From the NCBI GenBank assembly GCA_023245355.1, contig JAHFKN010000001.1, forward strand, positions 139,528 to 203,527: a DNA stretch of 64,000 nt, in the 5' to 3' direction. The position numbers were made by a program, and so were the translations under genes. Source of the DNA: Candidatus Gottesmanbacteria bacterium (GTDB taxonomy: Bacteria; Patescibacteriota; Microgenomatia; UBA10105; UBA927). The notes below the pieces were generated by a model that ran no database searches, was not told where the DNA came from, and was given only the letters and a program-made list of their open reading frames with translations. Shown piece by piece: positions 39,528 through 50,271 of the stretch (position 1 is the first letter of the stretch; every line of letters begins with the position of its first letter).

Positions 39528-41042
39528 TTATTTAAACGACTTTTTAAAATCGGAAATCGCTGCTTCGAGTGCTTTTTCTATCTCAGGAGACAGCACTTTT
39601 TCTTTGGCAATGGCAGTCAGCATTTTGCGGTGCCGGGCATTCACGTAGCTTACAAACTGAGATTCAAACTCCGTGATACGATTGACAGGAATATCATCAA
39701 GATGTCCTTTGCTCCCTGCCCACATGATCGTCACCTGGCTGGCCACGGATGCCGGCTGGAATTGACCCTGTTTGAGCAGTTCCATCATGCGGCTGCCGCG
39801 TGCAATCTGTTTTTTGGTGATCTCATCGACGTCGGAAGCAAATTGTGCAAATGCCGCCAAATCCCGGAATTGCGCCAAATCGAGCCGCAGGTTCCCGGAC
39901 ACTTTTTTCATGGCCTTTATCTGCGCACTTCCTCCCACGCGGGATACGGACAATCCGACGTTGACCGCCGGCCGCTGCCCGCTGTTGAAGAGATCGCTTT
40001 CCAGGTAAATTTGTCCGTCAGTAATGGAAATTACGTTTGTCGGAATGTACGCAGACATATCTCCGGCCTGTGTTTCGATAATGGGAAGTGCGGTAATGGA
40101 TCCGCCTCCACGTGCTTCGGAAAGCCGACACGCACGCTCCAGCAACCGGCTATGAAGGTAGAACACGTCTCCCGGATATGCCTCGCGGCCGGACGGCCGG
40201 CGGAGCGTAAGCGATATCTGCCGGTATGCCCAGGCGTGTTTGGATAAATCATCGTAGATCACCAACACGTCTTTGCCTTTGTCCATAAAGTATTCAGCCA
40301 TTGCGGATCCTGCATACGGAGCCAAATACTGATATGTCACGGGATCGCTTGCGGTCGCTGCCACGATAATCGTATGTCCCATGGCATTATGCTTTTCCAA
40401 ATCCGCGATAACCTGAGCCACACGCGCCGTTTTCTGGCCGATAGCCACATAAATACAGATCACGCCTTCGTCTTTCTGATTAATAATCGTATCGACGGCA
40501 ATGGCGGTTTTCCCGGTGCTTCTGTCTCCGATAATCAGTTCGCGTTGGCCGCGGCCGATCGGGATCATCGCGTCGATGGCTTTGATACCCGTCTGAAGCG
40601 GGGTAGTCACCGGCTGCCGGTGTACCACGCCTGAGGCGATCTGTTCCATGGGATAACGGGTTTTGGACGGGATGACGCCTTTGGCATCAACTGGTTCTCC
40701 CATCGGATTGATTACACGTCCTAAATAGGCTTCCCCGACCGGGACAGACAACAATGTCCCTGTGCTGCGCACTTCGTCGCCTTCCTTAAGCGTCAGGTAA
40801 TCGCCGAGCACCATGATACCCACTTCTTCTTCTTCAAGATTTACGACCACTCCCTGTACTCCGTTCGCAAACGTCACAAGCTCGAGATATTTGGCGCCCG
40901 GAAGCCCGGAGGCTTTCGTAACACTATCAGCAAGCGTCGTGATGTATCCCACTCTTCTGGCTGTGGCGGACGAATCAAAACTCTCGAGTTTTTTTACTAA
41001 TTCCTTTGCGATAAGGGATGCCGTGTTTGTTTTCATACTCAT
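39528..41042 (-). CDS. atpA: F1Fo ATP synthase alpha subunit
   Basis: [19 protein letters not shown]; 504 aa. Confidence 0.95.
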   Translation of the reverse strand: MSMKTNTASLIAKELVKKLESFDSSATARRVGYITTLADSVTKASGLPGAKYLELVTFANGVQGVVVNLEEEEVGIMVLGDYLTLKEGDEVRSTGTLLSVPVGEAYLGRVINPMGEPVDAKGVIPSKTRYPMEQIASGVVHRQPVTTPLQTGIKAIDAMIPIGRGQRELIIGDRSTGKTAIAVDTIINQKDEGVICIYVAIGQKTARVAQVIADLEKHNAMGHTIIVAATASDPVTYQYLAPYAGSAMAEYFMDKGKDVLVIYDDLSKHAWAYRQISLTLRRPSGREAYPGDVFYLHSRLLERACRLSEARGGGSITALPIIETQAGDMSAYIPTNVISITDGQIYLESDLFNSGQRPAVNVGLSVSRVGGSAQIKAMKKVSGNLRLDLAQFRDLAAFAQFASDVDEITKKQIARGSRMMELLKQGQFQPASVASQVTIMWAGSKGHLDDIPVNRITEFESQFVSYVNARHRKMLTAIAKEKVLSPEIEKALEAAISDFKKSFK

Positions 41043-41045
41043 ATA

Positions 41046-41417
41046 TTAGGAAACAGTGACAATACGCGCCATGTCGTTCAGTTCGTTTCTGATGCTGGAA
41101 TCCATAACCCAATCTGCCATCGTAACCCGGAGACCTCCGATAAGAGACGGGTTTACGACACTGGTCAGACTCACCTCATGGCCTGCTATACGGGAAAGCG
41201 CCCGGGCAATACCCTGAAGCTCAACCGACGTCAGTTTGACCGCGGATTCGACTTTCGCCTGATGTTCGTGCTTTGCGGAAGCCGACATCTTAAGCAACAG
41301 CGACTGCACTTTGGGTGTCATAGGGGTAGCCTTGCCACCCCGTTTTAAATGACTTATAACCCCGTCTACAAATCCACGGGCATCTTTGGAAACAGATTTC
41401 ATACGCGTATTAGTCAT
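41046..41417 (-). CDS. atpH: F1Fo ATP synthase delta (OSCP) subunit, short form
   Basis: C-terminal OSCP-like region VSLTSVVNPSLIGGLRVTMAD. Only 123 aa. Confidence 0.7.
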   Translation of the reverse strand: MTNTRMKSVSKDARGFVDGVISHLKRGGKATPMTPKVQSLLLKMSASAKHEHQAKVESAVKLTSVELQGIARALSRIAGHEVSLTSVVNPSLIGGLRVTMADWVMDSSIRNELNDMARIVTVS

Positions 41418-41424
41418 CCTCGTA

Positions 41425-41940
41425 TCAGGACTTCTTTTCCTCCCGTGCTGCCCAGGATTCCAGATCTTTTACCCGCTTGGAAATAAGGGCATGCTGTTCT
41501 TTGGCGCCCATAACAGAAGAAAGCAGACGCTTGGCCATAACCACCGCCAGATCGATAGCTTCACCCGCGATCGCTTTTTTGGAGGATTTGTGTGTTTCTT
41601 CCGCCTCCTGCTTCGCTCGGGCAATAATTGCTGCCGCCTGCACGTGGGCTTCTGCCAATAATTCCTTTTCCACTTCTTTCGCCTGCTTTTTGGCGTCTTC
41701 TATGATGGCCAGCGCATCTTCCCGCGCTTTGTTCAGTGCCTTTTCCTGCTTCACGATAAGCTTTTCTTCCTCGTCCTTGAGTTTTGCCGTGAGCTCAACG
41801 CCGTCGGCAATTTCGCGTCTGCGTTTCTCAAGCATGGTGAGAATCGGCTTATACAGCAGTTTTTGCAACACAAATATGATAACCAAAAAATTAACTACCT
41901 GTGCTGCCAACAATGTTGGTTCAATACCTAATTTATCCAT
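41425..41940 (-). CDS. atpF: F1Fo ATP synthase subunit b
   Basis: N-terminal TM then long charged helix (EEKLIVKQEKALNKARED...). Confidence 0.8.
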   Translation of the reverse strand: MDKLGIEPTLLAAQVVNFLVIIFVLQKLLYKPILTMLEKRRREIADGVELTAKLKDEEEKLIVKQEKALNKAREDALAIIEDAKKQAKEVEKELLAEAHVQAAAIIARAKQEAEETHKSSKKAIAGEAIDLAVVMAKRLLSSVMGAKEQHALISKRVKDLESWAAREEKKS

Positions 41941-41957
41941 GATTTCGACCTAATCGT

Positions 41958-42185
41958 TTATACGAATTTTATAATAAGAGCCGCCACGAGTGAGTAAATA
42001 GCAATAGCTTCTGCGAATGCTATACCCAAAATCATACTTGTGCGGATTTCGTTCGCTGCTTCAGGATTTCTCCCCATAGCCTCGAGCGCTTTTCCTGTCA
42101 ATAAACCGATAGCGATAGCCGGGGCAATACCTCCGACTGCTACGGTTATACCCATCATAATCATACGAATTATTGCTTCATCCAT
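41958..42185 (-). CDS. atpE: F1Fo ATP synthase subunit c
   Basis: Two-helix hairpin GLLTGKALEAMGRNPEAANEIRTSMILGIAFAEAIAIYSLVAALII (conserved carboxylate E). Confidence 0.9.
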   Translation of the reverse strand: MDEAIIRMIMMGITVAVGGIAPAIAIGLLTGKALEAMGRNPEAANEIRTSMILGIAFAEAIAIYSLVAALIIKFV

Positions 42186-42309
42186 TTTCCACTCACCCCC
42201 TTTTCATAATGCCCGGAAAACAGTAGTCCTCCGTGCGTACAATGTTTATAAGTATACTGATTATCCTGCCTCATGCAATATGCATCACTTTGATGCATAT
42301 AAATACGCT

Positions 42310-43194
42310 TTAGGCGTGTTCACCCTCTCCGTGCGATACCGCCACGCTGAAAAACGCTGTAGAAAGCATCGAAAACACCAGAGCCTGGATAAGGCCGACA
42401 AATAACTCCATCATCAAAAACGGCAACGGTACGATAAACGGCATAAGGAACGCGATCACGGCAAGCAGTACTTCACCTGCAAAAATATTTCCGAACAACC
42501 GGAATGCAAACGATATGACCTTGGAAATATCGGAAACAAGTTCCAGTAGTCCGACGCTGAACTGTATCGGATCCTTAAAGCTGATAAACCGGCTCAGATA
42601 GTGTCCGCCCAAATTGGCAAAGCCGAAATACTGCATGGCGATCACGGCTACGATGGCAAGGGCAAGCGTCATGTTCAGATCAGCGGTAGCGGCTCTGAAA
42701 AGCGGCACGAATTCGGTCTTTCCTTCTTCTTTCCCGGCTTCCTCTTTTCCGGCCGTTGCCGTGGCTGATTCCGCTTTGGGTTCTTCTGTTGTTTTGGCAT
42801 GCGTATCCGCTGCAGCTTCCGGTTTCACTTCTTTAGCCGGTTCCTTTGTGACTGCTTCAGCCGCACTCTCAGACCGATAGAACCCGACGGTTGATACTCC
42901 GGGGAGTAAACCTACCCAGTTTGCAGCCAGAATAAACAGGAAAAGCGAAGCGACAATGGGGAAAAACTGCTTGATGTGCCGGCCTGCGATTGCGCCGAAG
43001 AAATCATACAATCCGCCCACAATGGTTTCCCCGATCAGCTGTGCATTCCCGGGAATCACCGACATGTTGCGGGTAGCCAAATACGAAAGCACTATGAGGA
43101 TAGCCATCACGACCCACGTCGTGATATATGCGTTCGAAACAGGCAGCCCGAAGACTGTCCATAATGTTTCAGCAGCCAATGATATATGCAACAT
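42310..43194 (-). CDS. atpB: F1Fo ATP synthase subunit a, with Ala/Glu/Lys-rich insertion
   Basis: C-terminal helices with LAVIAFLMPFIVPLPFLMMELFVGLIQALVF. About 55-aa hydrophilic insert AAEAVTKEPAKEVKPEAAADTHAKTTEEPKAESATATAGKEEAGKEEGKTE between TM helices. Confidence 0.85.
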   Translation of the reverse strand: MLHISLAAETLWTVFGLPVSNAYITTWVVMAILIVLSYLATRNMSVIPGNAQLIGETIVGGLYDFFGAIAGRHIKQFFPIVASLFLFILAANWVGLLPGVSTVGFYRSESAAEAVTKEPAKEVKPEAAADTHAKTTEEPKAESATATAGKEEAGKEEGKTEFVPLFRAATADLNMTLALAIVAVIAMQYFGFANLGGHYLSRFISFKDPIQFSVGLLELVSDISKVISFAFRLFGNIFAGEVLLAVIAFLMPFIVPLPFLMMELFVGLIQALVFSMLSTAFFSVAVSHGEGEHA

Positions 43195-43226
43195 GATTTC
43201 TTAAATAATGACAAGTAATCCCGGTA

Positions 43227-43553
43227 TTATCTGCTATTGAGTGCATCACGCACAATACGTATCAGTGATGCACATGAGATCACACATCCCAGGCCAAACA
43301 ACAAAAGCGTCGCCTTCGGGCGTGTTCCCCACCGCTCATCCAGCTTCACGCCCCCAACCAGACCCAACACCATAGGCAACGCTATGTCAAAGCCGACTTG
43401 CCCGGCGACTGATGCAAACTGCCATCCTCCGCCGCGTTCAGACGACTTTTTCTCAACTGCCTTCACTTTCCGGGGACGGATGCCTGTTTCCACATCTTCC
43501 AAAATCACGTCAAAAAGCTCGCCCTCCGGAAGCTTCGTCTGTTCGTCTTTCAT
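43227..43553 (-). CDS. atpZ: ATP synthase protein I / AtpZ-like small membrane protein
   Basis: GWQFASVAGQVGFDIALPMVLGLVGGVKLDERWGTRPKATLLLFGLG (AtpZ/ATPase_gene1 pattern). First gene of the atp operon. Confidence 0.65.
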   Translation of the reverse strand: MKDEQTKLPEGELFDVILEDVETGIRPRKVKAVEKKSSERGGGWQFASVAGQVGFDIALPMVLGLVGGVKLDERWGTRPKATLLLFGLGCVISCASLIRIVRDALNSR

Positions 43554-43592
43554 AAATAATTGTATAGCAGACGACTTTTAGCCGTCAATACA

Positions 43593-46500
43593 TTAAGCTG
43601 TAAACGAGTTTGCCAGATTCAGCGGACGCACGTCATCGGCCAGAATTACCAGCCTGTCATCTTTTTGATCCACTTTACCGGTGATGATCACACAGGCATC
43701 ACGCACCCAAATCCGCGCCGAGCGCGCATACATCTTGGGGAAAATCACCACTTCGATATTGCCCGTCAGATCCTCGAGGCGGATAAACGCCATTTCGCTT
43801 CCGCTGCTTTTGGTAACAATTTTTTTCACCTGAGCGATCAGACCGACAATCTGAATTCTGTCGCCTACCCGCTCTTCCGAAATCTGGGATATCGGCGTCA
43901 TGGCTTCGGTGTCACCCATCGACTTCAATGTTTTCTCGAGCGGATGAGCAGTCAGATAAAATCCCAGCAGTTCTTTTTCAAAGCCGAGCAGCTCGTGGCT
44001 GGCAAGTTCAGGCACATGCGGCAGATGATCGAGCACTGAAGTTTCTTTAGTGTCCCCTGTATCAAACAGCCCGGTCTGCCCGACAGACGCGGCTTTTCTG
44101 TCCTTGTGTATCTGATCCAGCATGTCTTCCACAACCGAAAGCAGCGCGGCCCGCGTCCCGAACGCTTCCATGCCGCCTGCCTGGATAAGGCTTTCAAGCG
44201 TCTTTTTGTTTACCTTGGATACGTCAACGCGGCGCAGAAAATCCGAAAATGTGGTAAACGACCCGTCGTGCCGGGCCCGCAGAATACTCTCGATAGCCGC
44301 TTCCCCGACGTTTTTGATGGCAGACAATCCGAACCGGATCCTGCCGCTTTCTATGGAAAATTCGATATCAGACATGTTGATATCCGGGGGGAGCAGTTGG
44401 ATGCCGGTACGCTTACACTCTGCGACAATCATGGCGATTTTTTCGCTCCGGGTATCCCCGGTATTAGCCCGCGATTCAGCTGTCAACACGGCCGTCATGT
44501 ACTCTACCGGATAATTTGCTTTCAGATAAGCCGTCTGATAGGCGATGACGGCATAACAGGCCGCATGCGCTTTGTTAAATCCGTACCCCGCAAACGGTTC
44601 GATCAGATGGAAAATTTCTTCCGCTTTGTTTCTGGTCATGCCGTTTTTGACACACCCCTCGACGAATTTTTCCTGCTGTTTTTTCATTTCGGACGGGATC
44701 TTTTTTCCGACGGCCTTGCGCAGCTTATCCGCGTCCCCCCAGCTGTAGCCTGCCAGCGTGATAGCGGTAAGCAGCACGTCATCCTGATAACAAATGAGGC
44801 CATATGACTGCTTCAGGACATCTTTGAGCCGTGCGTCCGGATATGTGATGCTTTCCGGATTATTTTTACGCGCGATATACTGCGGGATCACCTGCATGGG
44901 GCCCGGACGAAACAGGGCAACCATCGCCATAAGGTCGAAAATAGTGGTCGGCTTGAGTTCTTTAATATACCGGCGCATACCCGCCGACTCCAGCTGGAAT
45001 ACGCCCGTCGTTTCGCCTATCGCCAGCATTTCAAACGTTTTTTTATCGGTGAGCGGAATATCATAGACATCGATTATTTTTCCTTTTACCTGTTCGATAA
45101 ATTTAGTGGCGGTTGCCATGATCGTTAAGTTCCGTAGTCCCAAAAAATCCATTTTCAAAAGTCCCACACCGTCCTCACCGACGGTATACATATCGTATTG
45201 GGTGATAATGCGGTCGCCTTTGCTCTCACGCTGGAGCGGCGTATATTCCACTAGCGGCTTGTCGGCGATGACGACTCCTGCAGCATGTACCGATGCATGG
45301 CGGGCTACCCCTTCCAGTTTGCGGGCAACATCGAGCAGCCGTTTGGTATCCGGTTCGCTTCGGTAGGCGGCAGAAAGCTCCGGCGTCATGTCTATTGCCT
45401 TGTCTATCGTCATGCCGAATCCCTGCATGCCCGGAGGAATGAGTTTGGCGATACGGTCCGGCTGGATGTACGGCATACCCAGCGCACGTCCGGCATCTCG
45501 TACGGCACCTCTGGCCTCCATGGTTCCGAAGGTTATGATCTGGGCTACTTTGTCATCACCGTATTTTTGCGTGACGTAGGCAATCACCTCATCACGTCGG
45601 TCGTCGGCAAAATCCAGATCGATATCAGGAGGACTCGGCCGGTGGGGATTTAAGAACCGTTCAAACGGCAGCCGGAAAAACAGAGGATCGATACCGGTAA
45701 TTCCCAATACGTAGGAGATAACACTTCCCGCTGCTGATCCGCGGCCCGGACCGACACCGATTTTTTGGCTTTTGGCCCAATTCACGAAATCGGAAACGAT
45801 TAGAAAGTACGTGGAGTATCCTTTTTTCGTAATAATGTCGAGTTCGTAGTTTATCCGCTCGTTTATTTCATCGGTTACTTTTTCGTATCGTTTCGGCAGC
45901 CGCTCTATCACCAGCTCGCGCAGGTATTCTTCCGGAGTCTGATGCTCGGGAACGGGAAACTTAGGCAGAATCCATTTGCCGACGGACAACGTGATATCGC
46001 ACATGGACGCAATTTTTACCGTATTTTCAATCGCCTCGGGGTACTGGGCAAACAATTCCGACATCTCCTCCGGGCTCCGAAGGTAAAAGTCTGGAGATTC
46101 CATCATCGATAACGGCCGGTTTTTCTCAACGATGGTCCGCTGCGTCTGAACGCACAGCAGAATTTCCTGCGCTTCCGCATCGTCGGCTTTTACATAATGC
46201 ACATCGTTTGTCGCGACCAGCGGCAGCCCAAGTTTGCGGGACAGTGCGATAAGCTTTTCGTTTACTTCCTCGATTTTGGGTATATGCGGATGCTTCTGTA
46301 ACTCGATATAGTAATGATCAGGTCCGAACAGCTCTGCGTATTTTGTCGCAACTTCCTCGGCTTCGCGGATTTTATCCTGCATCAGAAGCTGAGGCACTTG
46401 GCCGGCCAGACAGGCGGAAAGACAAATGATCCCCTCATGATGTTTCTCGAGGAGGCCCCAATCGATACGGGGTTTGTAATAATACCCGTCCAGGTGCGCG

Positions 46501-46823
46501 TACGTCACGAGCTTCATGATATTGCGGTACCCGGTATCGTTTTGGGCAAGCAGCACCAGATGATAGGGATCCGTATCGATTTTTCCTTCTTTATCGAGTC
46601 TGCTTCTTCTGGCAACATACGTCTCCACGCCCAGAATCGGTTTGATGCCTGCCGCTTTGGCTTTGAGATAAAACTTGAAGCTACCGTACATCGCCCCGTG
46701 ATCGGTAATCGCCAGCGTATCCATGCCCATTTCTTTTGTGCGGGCAATCAGCTGGTCCAGCTTGCCTAACCCATCCAACAGGGAAAACTCACTGTGGACA
46801 TGAAGATGTACGAATTTTGCCAT
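43593..46823 (-). CDS. dnaE: DNA polymerase III alpha subunit
   Basis: PHP domain FVHLHVHSEFSLLDG; polymerase core; OB fold. 1076 aa. Confidence 0.95.
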   Translation of the reverse strand: MAKFVHLHVHSEFSLLDGLGKLDQLIARTKEMGMDTLAITDHGAMYGSFKFYLKAKAAGIKPILGVETYVARRSRLDKEGKIDTDPYHLVLLAQNDTGYRNIMKLVTYAHLDGYYYKPRIDWGLLEKHHEGIICLSACLAGQVPQLLMQDKIREAEEVATKYAELFGPDHYYIELQKHPHIPKIEEVNEKLIALSRKLGLPLVATNDVHYVKADDAEAQEILLCVQTQRTIVEKNRPLSMMESPDFYLRSPEEMSELFAQYPEAIENTVKIASMCDITLSVGKWILPKFPVPEHQTPEEYLRELVIERLPKRYEKVTDEINERINYELDIITKKGYSTYFLIVSDFVNWAKSQKIGVGPGRGSAAGSVISYVLGITGIDPLFFRLPFERFLNPHRPSPPDIDLDFADDRRDEVIAYVTQKYGDDKVAQIITFGTMEARGAVRDAGRALGMPYIQPDRIAKLIPPGMQGFGMTIDKAIDMTPELSAAYRSEPDTKRLLDVARKLEGVARHASVHAAGVVIADKPLVEYTPLQRESKGDRIITQYDMYTVGEDGVGLLKMDFLGLRNLTIMATATKFIEQVKGKIIDVYDIPLTDKKTFEMLAIGETTGVFQLESAGMRRYIKELKPTTIFDLMAMVALFRPGPMQVIPQYIARKNNPESITYPDARLKDVLKQSYGLICYQDDVLLTAITLAGYSWGDADKLRKAVGKKIPSEMKKQQEKFVEGCVKNGMTRNKAEEIFHLIEPFAGYGFNKAHAACYAVIAYQTAYLKANYPVEYMTAVLTAESRANTGDTRSEKIAMIVAECKRTGIQLLPPDINMSDIEFSIESGRIRFGLSAIKNVGEAAIESILRARHDGSFTTFSDFLRRVDVSKVNKKTLESLIQAGGMEAFGTRAALLSVVEDMLDQIHKDRKAASVGQTGLFDTGDTKETSVLDHLPHVPELASHELLGFEKELLGFYLTAHPLEKTLKSMGDTEAMTPISQISEERVGDRIQIVGLIAQVKKIVTKSSGSEMAFIRLEDLTGNIEVVIFPKMYARSARIWVRDACVIITGKVDQKDDRLVILADDVRPLNLANSFTA

Positions 46824-46825
46824 GA

Positions 46826-48148
46826 TTATAATTTGCCTGTCAGGAGATCCATCACCTTTTGCTTATCGCCTTTTCCTGCGAGCCTCTTTAACACAGTACC
46901 ATAAAGGAACATCTTTGATTGCTCTTTGCCCGCCTTATAGTCAGCGACCGCTTTGGGATTTTCAGAGAGCACCGCATCAATAGCAGCAATAAGAACGCTG
47001 TCATCAACGTGGGTCACCTGTTTACTCTGTATGATTTGTTCGGCGACGTGCGCCGGGCTCACGCTAGATGCATCCGGAACTTTATTTATGATCCAATTAG
47101 CAACGGCTGGTCCCGAAATAGTTGCTTCCTGCACGGCAGGCAGCGAAACGGTACCGGAAAACAGCTTCATTTTCCCGAAATCCTCGGATAACACATTTGC
47201 CTGATTGTCGTTCAATCCGTATTTGGCTTTCACTTCCGCTTTATATGCATCCGGCAATTGCGGCATATGCGTTCTGATATTTTCTATATAGGCGCCCGTA
47301 AACCTCATAGGCGGAATATCGGGCTCCGGGAAATACCGGTAGTCCGCTGCTTCTTCTTTCGTCCGTTGGGATACAGTTGCATTTTTGGCTTCATCCCACC
47401 CGCGTGTTTCCTGCGTCGGTGTCGTTCCGTTGTCCAGCAGGAGGGCATGGCGTTTGATCTCATACTCTATTGCCATTGCCGCAAACCTGAACGAATTTAT
47501 GTTTTTCACTTCCACTTTATAGTTAGGCAACCCTTTCTCCCCTGCTTTCCGTAATGAAATATTGGGTTCAAGACGCATGGAACCTTTTTCCATGTCGGCA
47601 TCGGAAATCCCCAAGAACCGCACGATCTGATGCAGCTTCTTGAGAAATTCCTTTGCCTGTTCGCTACTTTTGATATCCGCTTCCGTGACAATCTCCACAA
47701 GAGGAACTCCGGAACGGTTAAAGTCTACAAGCGTTACTTTCTTTCCATCGACCGTCGCATGCTGCAGCTTCCCCGTATCTTCCTCAAGATGCACCCGATG
47801 AATTCTCACATCCCCAAACGATGTAGCGATCATCCCTCCGCGGCACAGCGGTTGGTCGTATTGAGATATTTGGTAGCCTTTGGGAAGATCGGGATAAAAA
47901 TAATGCTTCCGGTCAAATTTAGAAACTTCAGAAATTTCGCTTCCGAGAGCTAACCCCAACATAATCGTCCATTCAACCGCTTTTTTATTCGGCACGGGGA
48001 GCGCTCCCGGAAGCCCCAAACAGACAGGGCATGTGGCCGTATTGGGCTCTTTGGCAAAATGATCCGCCGGACAGCCGCAGAACATGCCGCTCTTGGTTTT
48101 AAGCTCCACATGTATTTCAAGTCCGATAACCGGTTCGTAGGTATTCAT
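46826..48148 (-). CDS. gatB: Asp/Glu-tRNA amidotransferase subunit B
   Basis: YEPVIGLEIHVELKTKSGMFCGCPADHF...CPVCLGLPG. Confidence 0.95.
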   Translation of the reverse strand: MNTYEPVIGLEIHVELKTKSGMFCGCPADHFAKEPNTATCPVCLGLPGALPVPNKKAVEWTIMLGLALGSEISEVSKFDRKHYFYPDLPKGYQISQYDQPLCRGGMIATSFGDVRIHRVHLEEDTGKLQHATVDGKKVTLVDFNRSGVPLVEIVTEADIKSSEQAKEFLKKLHQIVRFLGISDADMEKGSMRLEPNISLRKAGEKGLPNYKVEVKNINSFRFAAMAIEYEIKRHALLLDNGTTPTQETRGWDEAKNATVSQRTKEEAADYRYFPEPDIPPMRFTGAYIENIRTHMPQLPDAYKAEVKAKYGLNDNQANVLSEDFGKMKLFSGTVSLPAVQEATISGPAVANWIINKVPDASSVSPAHVAEQIIQSKQVTHVDDSVLIAAIDAVLSENPKAVADYKAGKEQSKMFLYGTVLKRLAGKGDKQKVMDLLTGKL

Positions 48149-48151
48149 AGA

Positions 48152-49600
48152 TTATTTGGCCCATTCATTCCAGTCGGTTGCCTGCTCGTACGCTGCAGCT
48201 GCCTGCAGTATTTTTTCTTCCTGCCATTGATCTCCCATGATATTTAATCCTAAAAATAAATTTGTTTCCGGATTTCTCCAGCACGGAACGCTGATTCCGG
48301 TATTTCCTACTAATGAACTCGGCTCCACTAACATGTCCTGCAGTTCCCCAAACAGCGGATCCCCGTTGGAAGCGCCTGACGGCAACGCGTATCCGGGTGT
48401 CGGAGATGAGAGCAGCACGTCGTACGTCGAAAACAGATCTTCAAAATTCTTGCGATACAGACTCCGCACCTGTTGTGCACGGACATAATATTTGTCCGCG
48501 TATCCTTTGGAAAGAGTAAATGTTCCCAGCATGATGCGGTTTTTCGCCTCATGGGCAAATACGGATCTGTCGGCTCCGTACCGCACACCGTCGTATCGTG
48601 CCAAATTACTCGACACTTCCGAGCGTTGTACCACGGTGTAGACCCCGATGGCATAATCGGGAGCCAGTATCGTACCCTTTTTCCCGTCGCGGGACATGGG
48701 AATCATATCGACACGGGCGCCCATTTCCTCAAACACTTTTGCGGCCTTGAGTATTGCAGTATCCAAATCCGTTCCTTTTATGTTGGGGTGATCCATGTAA
48801 CAAATTCCCATTTTCATTCCCTTCACGCCTTTGGTGAGTGCCTTGGTATAGTCGGGGACCGGCCTGGGAAGCGTGGTTCCGTCATACCGGTCATGACCGG
48901 CCATATGGGTAAGCATAATTGCACAGTCTTCTACCGTTTTCCCGATCGGCCCCGGGCTGTCTGTCGATGAAGCCATCGCGATGACGCCGTACCGGCTCAC
49001 GCGGCCATAGGTCGGCTTGAGTCCGACGACACCGCACCACGAAGCAGGTTGCCGGATCGATCCGGCGGTTTCGCTTCCGATTGCTCCTATCGTAAGATTA
49101 GCCGCTATGGCAGCTGCACTCCCACCGCTTGAACCTCCGGGCAGATATTCGGGGTTTCGGGGATTTTTGGTCGGCCCGAAATCACTTGTTTCCGTACTGC
49201 TGCCGTGCGCCCACGCATCCATATTGGTTTTCCCGATCACGACGCTGCCTGCTTTCTGCAGTTTTTTCGTCGCGGTCGAATCGAACGGGGGCCTGAATCC
49301 TTTGAGCACGAACGATGAGGCGGTGGTAGGAAGCACAGTCGTTAAAAAATTATCCTTTACCGCAATCGGGATACCGGCCAGCGGAGTATCCAGGAGCGCG
49401 TCGGCTTTGGACACTGCCTCTGCATCAAGCGAAAGATAAATATTATACAGACTGTTTTTTTCGGCGATGGCATCATGAAGATCTTTGTACAGCTCGGCAT
49501 GCGAGAACTCCTTTTTTTTGAGTTTCGTAATCGCGTCTTTTACCGTGAGGTGATTGAGTTTCATAACACTGTTACTGTTCCAGTACCTGATCGACGACAA
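48152..49600 (-). CDS. gatA: Asp/Glu-tRNA amidotransferase subunit A (amidase)
   Basis: Amidase signature GGSSGGSAAAIAANL, Ser-cisSer-Lys triad. Confidence 0.95.
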   Translation of the reverse strand: MSSIRYWNSNSVMKLNHLTVKDAITKLKKKEFSHAELYKDLHDAIAEKNSLYNIYLSLDAEAVSKADALLDTPLAGIPIAVKDNFLTTVLPTTASSFVLKGFRPPFDSTATKKLQKAGSVVIGKTNMDAWAHGSSTETSDFGPTKNPRNPEYLPGGSSGGSAAAIAANLTIGAIGSETAGSIRQPASWCGVVGLKPTYGRVSRYGVIAMASSTDSPGPIGKTVEDCAIMLTHMAGHDRYDGTTLPRPVPDYTKALTKGVKGMKMGICYMDHPNIKGTDLDTAILKAAKVFEEMGARVDMIPMSRDGKKGTILAPDYAIGVYTVVQRSEVSSNLARYDGVRYGADRSVFAHEAKNRIMLGTFTLSKGYADKYYVRAQQVRSLYRKNFEDLFSTYDVLLSSPTPGYALPSGASNGDPLFGELQDMLVEPSSLVGNTGISVPCWRNPETNLFLGLNIMGDQWQEEKILQAAAAYEQATDWNEWAK

Positions 49601-49877
49601 AAAAACCTTTGTGTACCCGTTTGCCGTTTTTGAGCGCCTCTTCCTGCGTGAATATACGCGTCTTGTCTATCTCGTCTTCCCGGAAAACATTTTCAAGTCC
49701 CGTCACCTGATTGGTCGGGGTAACTCCGGTGACATCTACTTCGGAAAGGGTATCCACAACTTTTAAGGTTTTGGTAAATCCCTCTGCCAAATCCTGTGCT
49801 TCTTCATCCGTCACGGGAATGTTTGCCAGGCCGGCGATTTTCCGCACGTCCGATGTCGTGAAGGTGGTGTCTTTCAT
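49572..49877 (-). CDS. gatC: Asp/Glu-tRNA amidotransferase subunit C
   Basis: Small acidic protein upstream of and overlapping gatA, start at MKDTTFTTSDVRKIAGLANIPVTDEE. About 101 aa. Confidence 0.8.
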   Translation of the reverse strand: MKDTTFTTSDVRKIAGLANIPVTDEEAQDLAEGFTKTLKVVDTLSEVDVTGVTPTNQVTGLENVFREDEIDKTRIFTQEEALKNGKRVHKGFFVVDQVLEQ

Positions 49878-49961
49878 GGGCTCATTATAGCGGAAATTAC
49901 TATAGTGCAACATGGGTTATGTTCTTGCCAAAAGAAAGACCTTTGAGGTACGCTACCCTAT

Positions 49962-50249
49962 ATGAGCAAATACAGGGCTGCAGTGCAGCAAATGCTGGAA
50001 GAAAACAAGGAATTGTTTGACGAATTCAAGCCCATTCACGACGCGTATGTTCTCAACCCTCAGGCCAATCAGGCCAAGTATAACGCCATAGGCAGCACGG
50101 TGATGGACGTTATCCGCGACTATGAACGCAAACTCTGCGCCAAAATGGGAGCCGGGCAATACAGTAAGTTCAGTATGAACCTTTCCGAAAAATTCATGGA
50201 GGAAATAAAAGGCATCTACTCCAAAATCATGTTTATCGGCGTGGAATAA
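49962..50249 (+). CDS. Hypothetical protein
   Basis: 95-aa ORF, the only plus-strand gene between the gat and HAD genes. Confidence 0.4.
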   Translation: MSKYRAAVQQMLEENKELFDEFKPIHDAYVLNPQANQAKYNAIGSTVMDVIRDYERKLCAKMGAGQYSKFSMNLSEKFMEEIKGIYSKIMFIGVE

Positions 50250-50271
50250 TATCGGCTCCGGACTACCGGCA

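Noticed and set aside
44106-46769. Several 80-230 aa plus-strand ORFs inside dnaE, and similar ones inside the ATP synthase, gat, pyrG and P-type ATPase genes
   Set aside because: All are antisense or alternative-frame ORFs within strongly supported conserved genes.
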